From Marsupella aquatica (lineage: Eukaryota > Plantae > Marchantiophyta), in the NCBI GenBank assembly GCA_973895155.1, contig OZ316892.1:16606357-16670356 (forward strand): DNA of 64,000 bases, written 5' to 3'. Shown one piece after another: positions 21,995-34,570 of this stretch. Every line of letters starts with the position of its first letter. Positions within the stretch are counted from its first letter, which is position 1. Both the position numbers and the translations under genes were made by a program. Below the pieces are notes generated by a model. That model was not told where the DNA came from. It worked only from the letters and a program-made list of their open reading frames with translations, and ran no database searches.

Positions 21995-23212
21995 TTATGT
22001 GTGACTTCCCGTGACGGGGTACCCGTCACATAGCTCCTCTCTTAATTGCGAAGCGCCCCCGCGAGCACCATACTCCTCCTTCGGGTAATACTTCTTTAGA
22101 TGTTCTTGATTGATCCGGGTGTTGAGTAGTTGCCCCTCCAACGTCCTGAGTTGAACCGACCCATTGGAGTAGACCGTATCGACAACGTAGGGCCCCATCC
22201 AACGTGTATGTAACTTCTCGGGGAAATGCATGAAACAACTGTCGTAGAGGAGCACCAAATCCCCCCCTTCAATGGACACACGGCGGAGTCGGGAATTGTA
22301 GTGCAACTTTTGTTTGCCTTGTTGCTGCTCCATGCAAGTCAAAGCCTCCTCTCTTACCTCCGTAAGGTGCTCCAATTGTTGGATCCATGCAGCTACACTA
22401 CTTTCTTCCCCTTCCCTTTCCCGTGTCAAGATTCGAATGGTGGGCACCTCGAATTCCACTGGCACCAAAGAATGTTGACCAAACACAAGGAAATAGGGGC
22501 TGTGGCCAGTGGTGGTCTTATGAGCCAAGTTGTAAGCATACATAGCGGCCAACAACTTGAGATCCTAATCCGTCTTGTGAGCTGACACCGTCTTGTTGAG
22601 AATCTTGCCCATGATCCCGTTCGCTCTCTCAGTGAGCCCGTTGGCTCGAGGATGGTACGGAGTGGTCTTCCTATGTGAGATCAAGTAGTTCTCCGTCAAA
22701 TGTTCAATTGTATGATTGAGAAAGTGAGTACCCCTGTCACTCACAAGCTCCAAGGGTGGACCAAACCGTGTAAAAATCTGCTCGTACAAAAAACGTGCCG
22801 TGGTGTTGACATCATCCTTTGCAGTAGCTCTGGCCTCCACCCACTTGGTGGCATAGTCCGTTGCCAGAATGATGTAACGCTTCCTCCCTCTTCTGGTGAT
22901 GGGAGTGAAAGGGCCAATGAAATCAACTCCCCACTTCTCAAAGGGTGCAAGGGGGAGTATGGGCACCAACGGGTGTCGGGAGGAAGGTCCAGGTTTGCCT
23001 TGCCGTTGGCAGGGATCACATCTCTGAATGTATCTATGTACGTCCCGAAAAAGAGTTGGCCACCAATAGCCAGCATCTAGTATCTTTCTTGCTGTGGTCT
23101 CCCTTGCAAAGTGGCCACCAGCTTCCTCCTCATGTAGTGCCGCCATGACTGTACGTATCTGCGCTTCCTCCAAACAACGACAAAGACGGTGGTGCAATCC
23201 CTGATGTACCAA
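21995..23212 (-). pseudogene. Integrase remnant of a different, Athila/Tat-like Gypsy (target of the outer copy)
   Basis: GGHFARETTARKILDAGYWWPTLFRD, CDPCQ, FEKWGVDFIGP, SDRGTHF, NGLTER and KLHTRWMGPY (GPY/F). Stop at 22565. Confidence 0.85.
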
Positions 23213-23214
23213 AA

Positions 23215-25051
23215 ACGTGCAAAATGTGTAAACACGCTAGAAAAACTGTCACGTAAAAAAACCGTCGGAGAAAAAGGACCCTTCAAAACTCCAATTGTAC
23301 CCGTGTTGTGCTTGTCGGATCAACCGTCTGATGTGTATGCAGGGCTCTCAGCGCTAGGCAGATAAAATGTGGCGACAGCAAAGAAATCCGGGAAGAATAG
23401 GCCCTTAAAAATGTGAATCGCCCCCCCCTTAAGTGTATACACATCCGGGCCCCATTGTGAACCCGAAAACTGCAGCCGAACCGGCCGAGTGTATATACAC
23501 ACTTGTGGCACGCTCCCTATGCAGCGGTAGTTGGAAGGCGTCGAAAAGAGGCGAGGAGTTACTATGGCCGGCGAGGGAAAGAAACATGAGGCAACTCGCG
23601 ATGGCAGCAGCCAAGGCAAGGCAAGGCAAAAAGGAGAGAAGCCGACAGAAAAGAAACAAGCGGGCCCCTCTTAAGTCGAGGGGGAAGGAAGGAAAACGGT
23701 CAAAAAAGGGAAAACCGGGTTTAGGGAGCCCTGTGCACTGACAGTCGATGGTGAAGGGCGAGGATAGGGAAAAAAGTGGGCCTTAATTGCGTGAGCCCTG
23801 CATAGGGCTTTGCGCCACCCCCTCCTTATGAGCTCCCCCCTCCCCTCCTTAATGATTCCTGGTGGGCCTCGTGCCCTCTCCTCTTGCTTCAACTCCCCCT
23901 CCTCTTTAATGCTGAAATGGGGCCTGGCAGAGTGACTCCCAAGAGAGAGGGAGTCGTATGTACTCCCCCCCTCCTTGTAAGGCAGCATAGGGCTGCATGC
24001 CCTCTCCTGGCACTCGCTCCCCCTCCTCCTTGCTTTTGCTTGTGCTTGGCTCCCCTCCTTTAATGCTGTATAGGGATTCGTGCCCTCCTCTCTTGCTTCA
24101 ACTCCCCTCACCCTCCTTTATTCTCCATAGGGCCTCGTGCCCTCGGCTCTCGCTCCCTCTCCCTTGTTTTAATTGCAACGGCAGGAAGCTGGCAGCGGCA
24201 TCGGAAAACATTGAGGCAAAAGAGTGAGGCAAGATGGAACAAAAATGGCCAGGAAGGGGAGAAGTGCCAAGGCGAGGCCACGGCGCAGCGGAAATGGGGA
24301 GAAAATGGGCGTGCGGCCCTATGCAGGCCGCGTTGTAGTCAAAAGAGCAAGGCCGGCTCACCGGCAGCCGTGGTCGGAGAATACGATAAATGGCCCCAAA
24401 ATTAAAGAAATGGCGATGGCGCAACGGCAGCAGGTTGCGGCAGTTGTAAAGAGGTCGCGCGACGGCTAGGAAAAAAATCCAGGATCAAAAGCACGGGCCC
24501 AAACAGAGGCGTTATGTGTATACTTACACATAACACCACATCAAACCCATAACTTTTAACCCTCCATTCCAATCCTGCTTAGAGAAATTGCACCAGCTTT
24601 GACAGAAATTGTATGTACCAATACGAGCAATTGAGAAGCACAATGTCTGCGATCTTCTTCCCCTCACCGCCAACTTGACAATTCTTCTTGAATAAAAGGC
24701 GTAAGAGAAACAAACGTACTGAAATATATTGAATCGGAAACCGGCAGGATGCCAAGATTGGTCGGGAGCATCTAACGAATCACTGTGTGAATCCCGTGTA
24801 CGGAATCGACGAGCATTGTCTGAGCTCTGTCAACAGCAATTCAAGAAAAACTAAAAACCAACAAAAAAAGACATGCCCTAAGTAAGCAAAGTCCTTGTGT
24901 CACACTAACAAGCGCGTTTGCTTCAAGAACACCTGGAATTTGCTATAAGAACATATCGTTAACTCAAGTAGTACACTAGCCCTAACTATACCTAGCGGGC
25001 ATGCGAGGGACATGCCGATGTGCATAAGAGGCACTATCCCTTGGCATGACA
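23215..25051 (-). mobile_element. Third, truncated copy of the DNMT-Gypsy family (repeat A plus 5' leader only)
   Basis: Repeat A at 24698-25051 ends GGCATGACA. The leader resembles 13560-14920 and 19930-21205. The left boundary is approximate. Confidence 0.8.
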
Positions 25052-25522
25052 AATTTGATTTCCCTTAAGTGGGATGTCAGTGATGGCTCGTGTACTGCCT
25101 GCCACAAGAGCATTGAAACAATGGAACACATGTTCTATGACTGCTTGATACTTCGGCGATGGTGGGACCATCTTGAACAGGTTGCTGGGGGCACCAGTCT
25201 CAACAAGGCCGTTGGTTGCTCCTTCTTTGGCAAGATTGATATTGCCATATATACGGTCTCAAAAAATCACCTTGGCTTCCTCCTGCTGATCCATGAGATG
25301 ATTACCAGCATCCGGATTGAAAGGCGTCAATGCACATGTCAGGCTAAAGCTATGAGGTTCCCTCTCCACCTTATTCTCCATGGAGCTACTATGAACATCC
25401 ACGCAACTCTTCATTGGACTAGGAGCATTAAGAAGGGCATAAGACTCAATCAAACTCTCGCTGGAATTACTCAGATGACTGGGCCAATAGGAGTAACAAC
25501 AACACCTATGGAAGTATATTGA
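25052..25522 (+). mobile_element. L1-type LINE ORF2 C-terminal fragment (zf-RVT)
   Basis: DGSCTACHKSIETMEHMFYDC...WW matches the C-x2-C..E..H.F..C zinc-binding motif of plant LINEs. Truncated at the third Gypsy copy. Confidence 0.7.
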
Positions 25523-28500
25523 TGCATGATAGAATCTAGAGCTCGTCAATGTTGTCACCTTTTTGGAGTTAGGAAGTTGAATAGATTGAATGCTTGTTGT
25601 GGTGCTACTTTCTGCTGTGGGCAACATGACAGGGCCCACATCCGTAGCACCCACACTACTACTGAAATTGATCGCTGTAGTGATAGATTTTATAGGCCCT
25701 CTTACTATTGTGCTCCCCTGACTAGGCATTGTACGTCGGGTTGATCACTTCATTGCTAGGCTTTGTTTTTTATCCCTGCCATGCCTGTTTATAGGTGGCT
25801 GACATTGACTCAAGCTCGGCCCAAGTTTTTTTGCGGGTGACCTTGGGGCTGGTTCGGGTGGCTGCCTTCGCTGCGGTGCTTGGTGGTTGTACGTGCTCTC
25901 TGGTTCCTGGTCTGTGCTCTTTTTGTGGCCCACTGGTCTTTGCTGCGGGGTCCCTGGTATACATTGGGCACATTGTCGCCTTTTATTTATAAAAGAGTTG
26001 CCAAGATACTTCCTACTGCCCATTAATTATAGAAAGACTAATTATGTACCTGTATGGAATGTTGAATCTTAACTTTGATTTATATATGAGCAGAGGTTTA
26101 ACAGGGAAACCCCCTTTTAACTTTTAAGGAAAGTAATATATTTATATCTGTAATCACCTCACCCCGTGGTTTTTCTTTAATTCTGCAATATGTGAGGAGA
26201 CCCCTTTTAGTTAATTTGGGTAAAGCATGGTAACAATGAAACAATCAGAAAAATGCATGATGAGTGATTGGAATGCAGACCTCCTCCATGCATGCTAAAG
26301 CCTTAATTTCGAGGTTGCTATATTGCTATATGGTGAATCCACCTTTCAGATTTTGTCTCATTCATATTTTGTGTCAAGTATTTTGATTTTAATGTGCCTT
26401 AACAAGATAAATCATTTGTAATAATTTGATTTTGAATTACTTTAGGACCCCTCTTAAGTTTAGTGAACTTAGAGTATTTTGAATGTATTTGGCTCCCCTC
26501 ATCAAGGCTTAATCTTAGTTTCCTTTTCAATCACTCCTTAGTGAATTCTCTTTCTTCTCATGAGAGTGTAAGAAATGAATTTGATCAATGTGAACATCTG
26601 GTGTATTAAGTTCCCCTCATGGTTTATTTTGCAAAATTTATGGTTTTAATTGAGTTGAATGTCATTACCTAGAAACAAGTGAAAATCTGTACTGTACGTG
26701 CACAACTCAACTCTTTAATATCTTTGTACTTTCTTGATCATAATGTGATTTTATGTGCATGTATTTTACATGTCCTTACTTAAATGAATTACATATCACT
26801 AGAAGACGAAAAAAGAATATATGCAGACCTCTTCCACGCATGCTAAAGCCTTAATTTAGGTTGTCGCCACAGCTCTGTCGGTAAGTTGCCTAATAGTTCA
26901 TCAATTTAAACCTAATATGAGCACCACCTAATTAGTGCTACTTGTGTTTTGGGGGCAGAATCCTGACTCCCCGTACCTTCCCCTCAGCATACAACTCATA
27001 TGACCACAATCAATTATAGTGGTTGTAAGAAAACAGTTCTATTAAAAAGCTCATTAAGATAGAGAGGAAAACTTCTTTTCATTGCTACAAGACAAAAAAC
27101 TTAAGCAGGTTCCAAGATGAGCAGGCTATAATCACCAAGTTACAGGTCGAACAGTTGTTCTCCATTGACTTGTGTAAAATACAATAATATAATCCAAGAA
27201 ACTAGTAAGGGTTTGACGACCCTGTCTGATCGAGCATAGGAATCATATACAAACATACTTTGAATCGTTCCAATTCCTATCAGAGTTTAACATAGGTTCA
27301 TATTGCCACCGCCCACCAGATTTAAGGAAGACAAAATATTCTTTAATGTTTTCTTTTAATGTCCTTAAGAACATTTTTGACTAATTCTGGTAACCTGGAT
27401 CCATCAAGTTTTTCTTTGGGGACAGTGGCAGTTCAAGCTCCCCTGCAATGTGTCCAACCCTTCATGGACAAGGATGGGATAGGTGCCAGTGGTGTGCGGC
27501 AGAGGTCCTGCAGTAGGGCCGGGCTTCCCTTCTTTAAAAAAAAAGAAAAATTTTGGATGATCCAAGGCAAAACTCAATATTTGCTGTCCATAATTACGTG
27601 GTGTATGAAGATATGGGCTCCTATGGTAATTGAGGATTTGGTGCTCCCTTTGGATTGGGACAATCAAGGCATGGAAGATTTATGCACGAGACTCAGGTCT
27701 TGTGGGTCTCACAATATCCCCCCCCCCCCCCTCACATCACCTGCGATGTTTCTAGGGTCACACCCTAAAACTTAAGACAATTTTTTTAATTTTTTAATTT
27801 TTTAATTTTTAATTTTTAATTTTTTTTTTTGGGGGGGGGGGCATTTGTTTTACCCCTATGAATTTGGAGCTTTAGAAATCATATATTTCCTTTTAAGTCT
27901 CAAAATTTAAAAGCCGATAATGGCCTCTTACAAAATTTTAAAGTCTTCCGCAAGAACCAATACAATGACCTGGCCTAAGTTTTATCACATGTGATGTGCT
28001 GTTTTGGTGACCCGGCCTAAGTTTTATCACACGTGATGTGATGTTTTGTGGCATTGAGACCCCCAAGCTCAAGTTGTGACAGTTCATACTCTAAGTCCAA
28101 TTGATGTTTACAATTAAAGGGTTTAATTTGGTGGACACAAAATAGTGTAAGAAAACCCCATTAAGCTTTTTGGAAAGTTTGATCATCACATTACAAGAGT
28201 CACAAAATATCATCAAAGTTAGAAATCCTGCATGGTTGGGAGCAGTGTTTTTTTTCGTGGTGAAAATTTGCTACATTCCACCTCCCCAAAAATCTTTCGC
28301 CACTTTTGGCTAAAATTCACTACTTTTTTGCTGTCTCATTAGCCAGTGTTCCATCCAATCCCAGGCCCCATTAGCCAGAATCTAATGGTCAGCCTTAAAT
28401 CTAGGGAGATCTGATAGTCAAGCAAAAAATTAAATAGAGAATATTTTGAGCATCTTCTCCTTCACACACTTTACATTTGCCACTGGGGCAAAAAAGTGAA

Positions 28501-31500
28501 ATCCTTAAAAAATACACCGGTTGGGAGATCCCATGCAATCTTCAAAAAGTGAAATCCTTAAAAAAATGCACTGGTTGGGAGATCCCATGCAAGCTTAATT
28601 TACACCTCTTTGTATGGATTCCCAAGGTTGTAAACGTAAGAGGGGGTGCATGGGAAAACACTTCACAGTCTCTTGTTTGTTATAAATCAATCCTGCAGGA
28701 TATGTAATAATGGGCAGATAGGTCAAGAGGGGATGAAACTTTTCTTAGCCTATTATTGAGGCTCTGGACCCTGGTTTGCGGCAGTGCTTTGCATTGACTC
28801 TTCTGAAAATTCTTGCATGCTGCAGGGAATGTCAGAAAAGTTTTGCGGGGCTGGGCTAGGGTAACTTGTAACCTTTCCCCAGCGCCCAGTCCGAATCGGC
28901 GCAATGCCGTAATTATTGTCAGGAAGCAAGGTTACCAGTGTGTAACCTTTTCTACTAGGTGCCACCATTTCTATAACCCTCTGCCCAGAAAATGTTCCCG
29001 GTAATCTTTTTTCCGGGCAGGTATTACGTACGATAATGATGCCTTGGGCTGGGGTTACTATCTGAAACCTGTTCCCACAAAGCTCAGAAAAATTTCCCAA
29101 CATTTCCTCACTTTCTGGTCATAAGTTTCCCAACATTTCCTCACTTTCTGGTCACACGGGTTACAGACTAGTAACCCAAGACCAAGCAATCGTTACCCTA
29201 TACATAGTCCTCTGCTAGGAGCACACCTTTGACATGCAACTTAAATTTCAGACCAACTTAAATCCCCACCCCCAGGTGCTGCCAATCTTGTTTTCAGCAA
29301 CTTAAATTTGCACAATACTACACGGAGGTCTTTTACCGAATTACCGTCAACAAGAAGTACCGGAAGTTCAGTTTCTTGGTGAGGTCAGTTGACTACACAA
29401 ATTTGTTCTGAGGAGAAACCGAGGCAGATCACCGGCAGCCCGGCAGGGTCGTAGCTATCAGTCCGGAGGCTCGGGACGACAAGCGTGGGAAGCTGCGACG
29501 GGAGGTTCGACAAGGACGCTCGTTTGAAGAACATATCACAGCAAGTACGGTCATGTCGACATACAACAGTGACGGACTCTTCATACAAGAAAGTGACGGA
29601 CTCGTCATAAGAAAGTGACGGACTGGTCCGAAAGCAACCACCCCGCGCGCCAAATGAAACGCGATAAGCAAGTTAATCTGACTTGAGTCAGCACTCCGGT
29701 TCATCTGCGGAGTTAGTCGCCCCTGCCCCTAAAAGTATCCTAACAAGTGTTCCGTGGTCCCCGAATGTACCTACAGTGACGAGCGTGCAAACGAACGAAT
29801 GGATGCTAAACTGATGCTTCACACACGAGAGTCTCTGCTTTACAGGGAATGTTCAATCCGCCTCCTGACTCTTTTATACGGTAGTCTCCTAACTTGGTTC
29901 ACAAGCTTTCATCGCCGTCATGTCAACTTGCTTCCAAATTTTCACAGGTGACCATTTGAATTTTTCTCACAGACAGCCATTGGAATTTTCCGCAGCCAAA
30001 ATATTTGTGCAATCAATTTTTCAGGTGTTTTGCTGATACCCACCCTCAACATGTGTTCCTCGGCTATTTAAACAGAAAACATGTTTTCCAGGGCATTTGA
30101 ATTTTTGGCAGCCAAAGTTTTCTAGGAGTCTACTCTTTCTGGTCCGGCCCTAATCATAAACCATTGTTGCTCTCTATTTCAACAAATCGTATAGTATTTG
30201 GAGACTTTGGAATAAAATCAACTTTAATCCAAAAGATGAGAGCATACAGTCCATCCAAAAATCAACTGTGGGGGTTGTATGTGTGAGGGGGGAGGGGCGT
30301 TTCACCACTAAAAATGAATAGTCTACTATCATACTCACCATAAGATAACAACCAAAACAATTGTATCTATTCATCAATCCAGGCATTACCTGTAATAAGT
30401 CTCACAAAAGCAATCCCTACTCTTTTCCCCTTGAATTGGAAGTGTATGCTGGATGGGGCCCCTGCCATAACAAGTTTAAGTGTATGGGTACCTACAAAAC
30501 TTTTCTTACAAACCAGGCCCCCTCCAACACTTGTCAGATTTTCTTGTAGCAGTTTCTATAAGATGTTTTAGCTTAATATTATCACCTATAAGAGTTATTG
30601 TGATGTCTAATGTCAACCATGCTGAAATGACAAACTACACAGTTGGGGGGACCGCAAAATAGTGGCAAACGTTCCCCCAATTGCAATGTAACTTACGTGA
30701 AGACAACATTATTCATCTCTTCAGTTTTGAATATATATATATATACTGTACCATCTTTAGGTCACTTTCATGCAAGCTATGCATGGGGTTCTGATCGTCT
30801 CTTTGTGCTTCAACCTGTCTAAACTGTATGGAAGAAGTCCTCTACTTCTGCCTGTTTGCACCTGTTGAAATGTTCAAAAAAATTCTCCAAGTGTGGAACA
30901 AAGATATCATGGATGTTGTCTTATCACAAAATTGTTTAAGTATGAAAGGAAACCAGGTTCCTCTATTTGTGGCCGTTTTCCCTTATTGCAACTTTCAAAA
31001 CCGTTCAAGTGTGTAACAAAGACAACATGGGGTCAATTTCTTGAATGCCTCCACTAAATCCTGCACTAAATGCCAATGCCCCCTCCTTCTACAATCAACA
31101 TTGACAACCTCTCTAAACCGAGCCCCTAAAATCCTCCAACCACAATAAAAAAAATTGAAAACATGAAGAAATCCTTTTGTGATGGAGATTTTTATAAACT
31201 TGCAAGAACTAGATTAGAAATGCTCTACAAAGCTGCTGTCATGCAGCACCAGATTCCTCCAAACCCTATAATCATCTGAAGACAATATCCATTTTGTCGT
31301 CATTCCAAACTTGAATAATTGTGTTTTCTCACAAGCATTAAGCAAGGGTCCACAAACTATGTCTTAAATAGAAGGCAAAGCTTTGTGGTCAAAAATAGAA
31401 CTCTTGGGCCTTGTGGTAAAAAATAAGGCCCCAATCATGCATGAATACAGTTTTTCTGGCAGTTTGTGTTCAATGCAGTCTTTATCTTAGACATGCATTC

Positions 31501-33929
31501 TAAATCTTCATAGACTGTTCAAACATGCAGTCTTTATCCTAGATCTAAGAAGACAATGATGCTTTGATTCAATTAGAAAGCCCTTTCTCAAACACAAGGC
31601 CTATCAGGTTCCTATTGCAAAAACTTGCTTTTCAAAACTCATATATAATGCACATGGCCTTCTATTGAATAGAGCTCCCCTCCAGAACTTGTGTCAGGTG
31701 AAGACAGTACTAGCAAAGAATATTTGTTACTATGTGGAATTAAATCTTAGCAAGGACCCAGGTGCAATCATGGCAAAGTAAAAAAGCTGACTGGGAATCA
31801 AGTTAATCATTCTTAGAACTCAAATTTGGGGTACCATGGAAATACTATTATTAGCACTTTCAGATAACAATGGCTGCTCCCCAAGAAATTAAATCAGCTG
31901 CCAAGTCCAGTGTAAGTGCTGATACAACAAAATAACCTCCTTATCTAGAGAAGTATTGTCTTGCTTCCACTTGACTTGTTATGGGTGGAGCAATGGTACA
32001 AAATTGTCAGACCCCCTTGCACTTTCTGAAATAGTCTTCACCAGATTTTTGTGCTGAGAATATACATGGAAGAGGGATAATGTCAGTCCTAAACTATGTT
32101 GGGAAATTTTCTCAAACATGGGGACTGTTTAAACCGTCATAGTAGAGTGAGGAACCTTTAGGCAGTTATTTTTGTCGCATTTTGGGACAAGCTTAGTGCA
32201 ATTAATGCTTGTCCAACCCATGCCAAGAGAGTCATGGTAATTGTACATCTAAATGTGACAATGTTGGTGCACTCAGTCACTCCATACCATGATAAACCCA
32301 ATTATTCTATTTAGCGACCCCATGGAAAGCTCTTTCCAAAATCCCTGAAAGCATGTGCAGCCACATCAGCACTATTGGTCACAAACAATAACAGTCACTT
32401 ATGCAAGAAGAATCACACATGAATATTTGTGTTTAAGGGAAGACAAAGAAAACTAGTATGTGGGTCCAGCTCAATTCCTTTTTGGGTGTATTGTGCATTC
32501 AATAGAGTGTTGTGTATGGGCTAGATCACATTGTCAAAGTGCATTCAAAAGAGTGTTCTATATATGTAGGCTAGATCAGATTGCCAAAGTGCATTGAAAG
32601 GAGCGATATAAATCTGTTGTTTTAAATTCATGTGCATAAAATTTAATTTTGGTAAGAATGACATCTAAAGCTCATCTATAATAATAAGAGGATGCGACAA
32701 GAAAAATGATGGCTTGGATTGAATCACTAGTTGTAAATATCTATGATATTATCTTGGGCAACTTAGTTTGAAGATTCAATTTGTTAATACATGCTAATAA
32801 AACAAAATTCTCATCAATGTCCTAATGATCATGGCAAGTGGAAACAAAGACAAAAACCATAAGTGTAGAATCATCATAGGTGTTGGAGAGAGAGAGGTCA
32901 TATAGACCAACTTTCATGGGACTATGAACACTTGTTTTCTTGCATGATGTGGTTTATGTAATCAATTGTACTTTATGATGTTATTTTGTCTTATTATTAA
33001 ATGTAGCTTTCCCCATTATGTAGAGATTATAACTAATAAATTGAACAAAAATAGGCTGGATAGGAGATTTAGTGATGTTGTGTTCATTGTTTAGGGACTA
33101 ATTTGTTGTGCTTGTGGAGGCTGATTGGAGGTTGAACTCATGACTCTTTTGGTGTGCCTAGGGTGATCATAGTGGGGTTTAATAGCATACTTCAGGCTAG
33201 GTGGGAGTATGGTTTACTAGACATTCAAGCTTGGAGGCAGACATCAAGTGGTAGAGTATTTTTTGTATGGCTCTCATCATGTGACCCAGGTAGGTTGGTA
33301 GCATTGCATGTTTTGTTTAATAATTACAGTTTGTATGAATTCTATTAGTTGTGAAGTGACCCCCAATGTCCTTTCAATTCAATGGTTGAGCCCCCCTCTT
33401 CACCCTTTCTTGAGATGAACATTTTACTCTTGGTTGCTAGATAAACTTGGGAGAGTTTACAAATTATTTTATAATCAATAGCAAGCTCAATACTTGAAAT
33501 ACAGGTTGGCCTTCTTTCTCTTCTCTCCTTATGGTCCAGAAGTGTGATTGCTAATATATTTTGTGATAAACCTATTTCAAACATTTGTTCAATTCCAAGA
33601 TTTCACCTTCGTCCATTGATCTGTGGTAATTATTTCTAGATAAAAGAAAGTGAAAAGTTCTAATTTGCAACTTCTGATATTCATATCTAAACTTAGTGAA
33701 CTGTTTGACCTGAAAAGTGGAGTTTCATATTTTACTTGTAAATACTTTTTCAAATCTTGACAACTGAAAAGATGTAAATATTGATACTCTATCTAAGGAA
33801 CTGTGCTACAAAGAAAGGCATAATAAGACTTTAGATTGAGATTTATTTCCTTTTGAATTCCTTTTCCAATAGAAATAGCAAGAGCAAGATCAACATTTGA
33901 TACTACTCTTAACATAACATTGTCTTTAC

Positions 33930-34570
33930 GTTAAAAATTAAGAAGATCACAAGTTAAGGCATCTTGGTGCCCACATCCGGAAGGGTGGTGTACTTTTTGA
34001 CCCCAATTATACCTTTAAACTTAATAAGATTACAGGTTAAGGTATTCTGGTGCACACATCCGCAAGGGTCGGTGTATTGTTTGACTCCAATTGTAACTTT
34101 AAAATTAATAAGGTTACAAGTTAAGGCATTCTGGTGCACACATCCGGAAGGGTTGGTGTACTGTTTGACCCCAATTGTAACTTTAAAATTAATAAGGTTA
34201 CAGGTTAAGGCATTCTGGTGCACACATCCGCAAGGGTCGGTGTACTGTTTGACCCCAATTGTAACTTTAAAATTAATAAGGTTACAAGTTAAGGCATTCT
34301 AGTGCACACATCCGCAAGGGTCGGTGTACTGTTTGACCCCAATTGTAACTTTAAAATTAATAAGGTTACAAGTTAAGGCATTCTAGTGCACACATCCGCA
34401 AGGGTCGGTGTACAGTTTGACCCCAATTGTAACTTTAAAATTAATAAGGTTACAAGTTAAGGCATTCTGGTGCACACATCCGCAAGGGTCGGTGTACTGT
34501 TGACCCCAATTGTAACTTTGAACTTGATAAGGTTATGAGTTAAGATATTACTTAGGGTGCACACATCCTT
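33930..34570. repeat. Tandem array, 84-bp unit, ~7.5 copies
   Basis: Unit starts (GTTAAGG..) at 33953, 34036, 34120, 34204, 34288, 34372 and 34456. Confidence 0.95.

Noticed and set aside
27965-29160. Several short two-copy duplications (~27966, ~28492, ~29093)
   Set aside because: Ordinary local tandem duplications with no further structure.
29300-32450. Possible decayed gene or TE on the minus strand
   Set aside because: Only short stop-ridden frames, with no identifiable domain.
33930-34570. CRISPR array or repeat-protein CDS
   Set aside because: There are no unique spacers and the context is eukaryotic. The ORFs are by-products of an 84-bp period.
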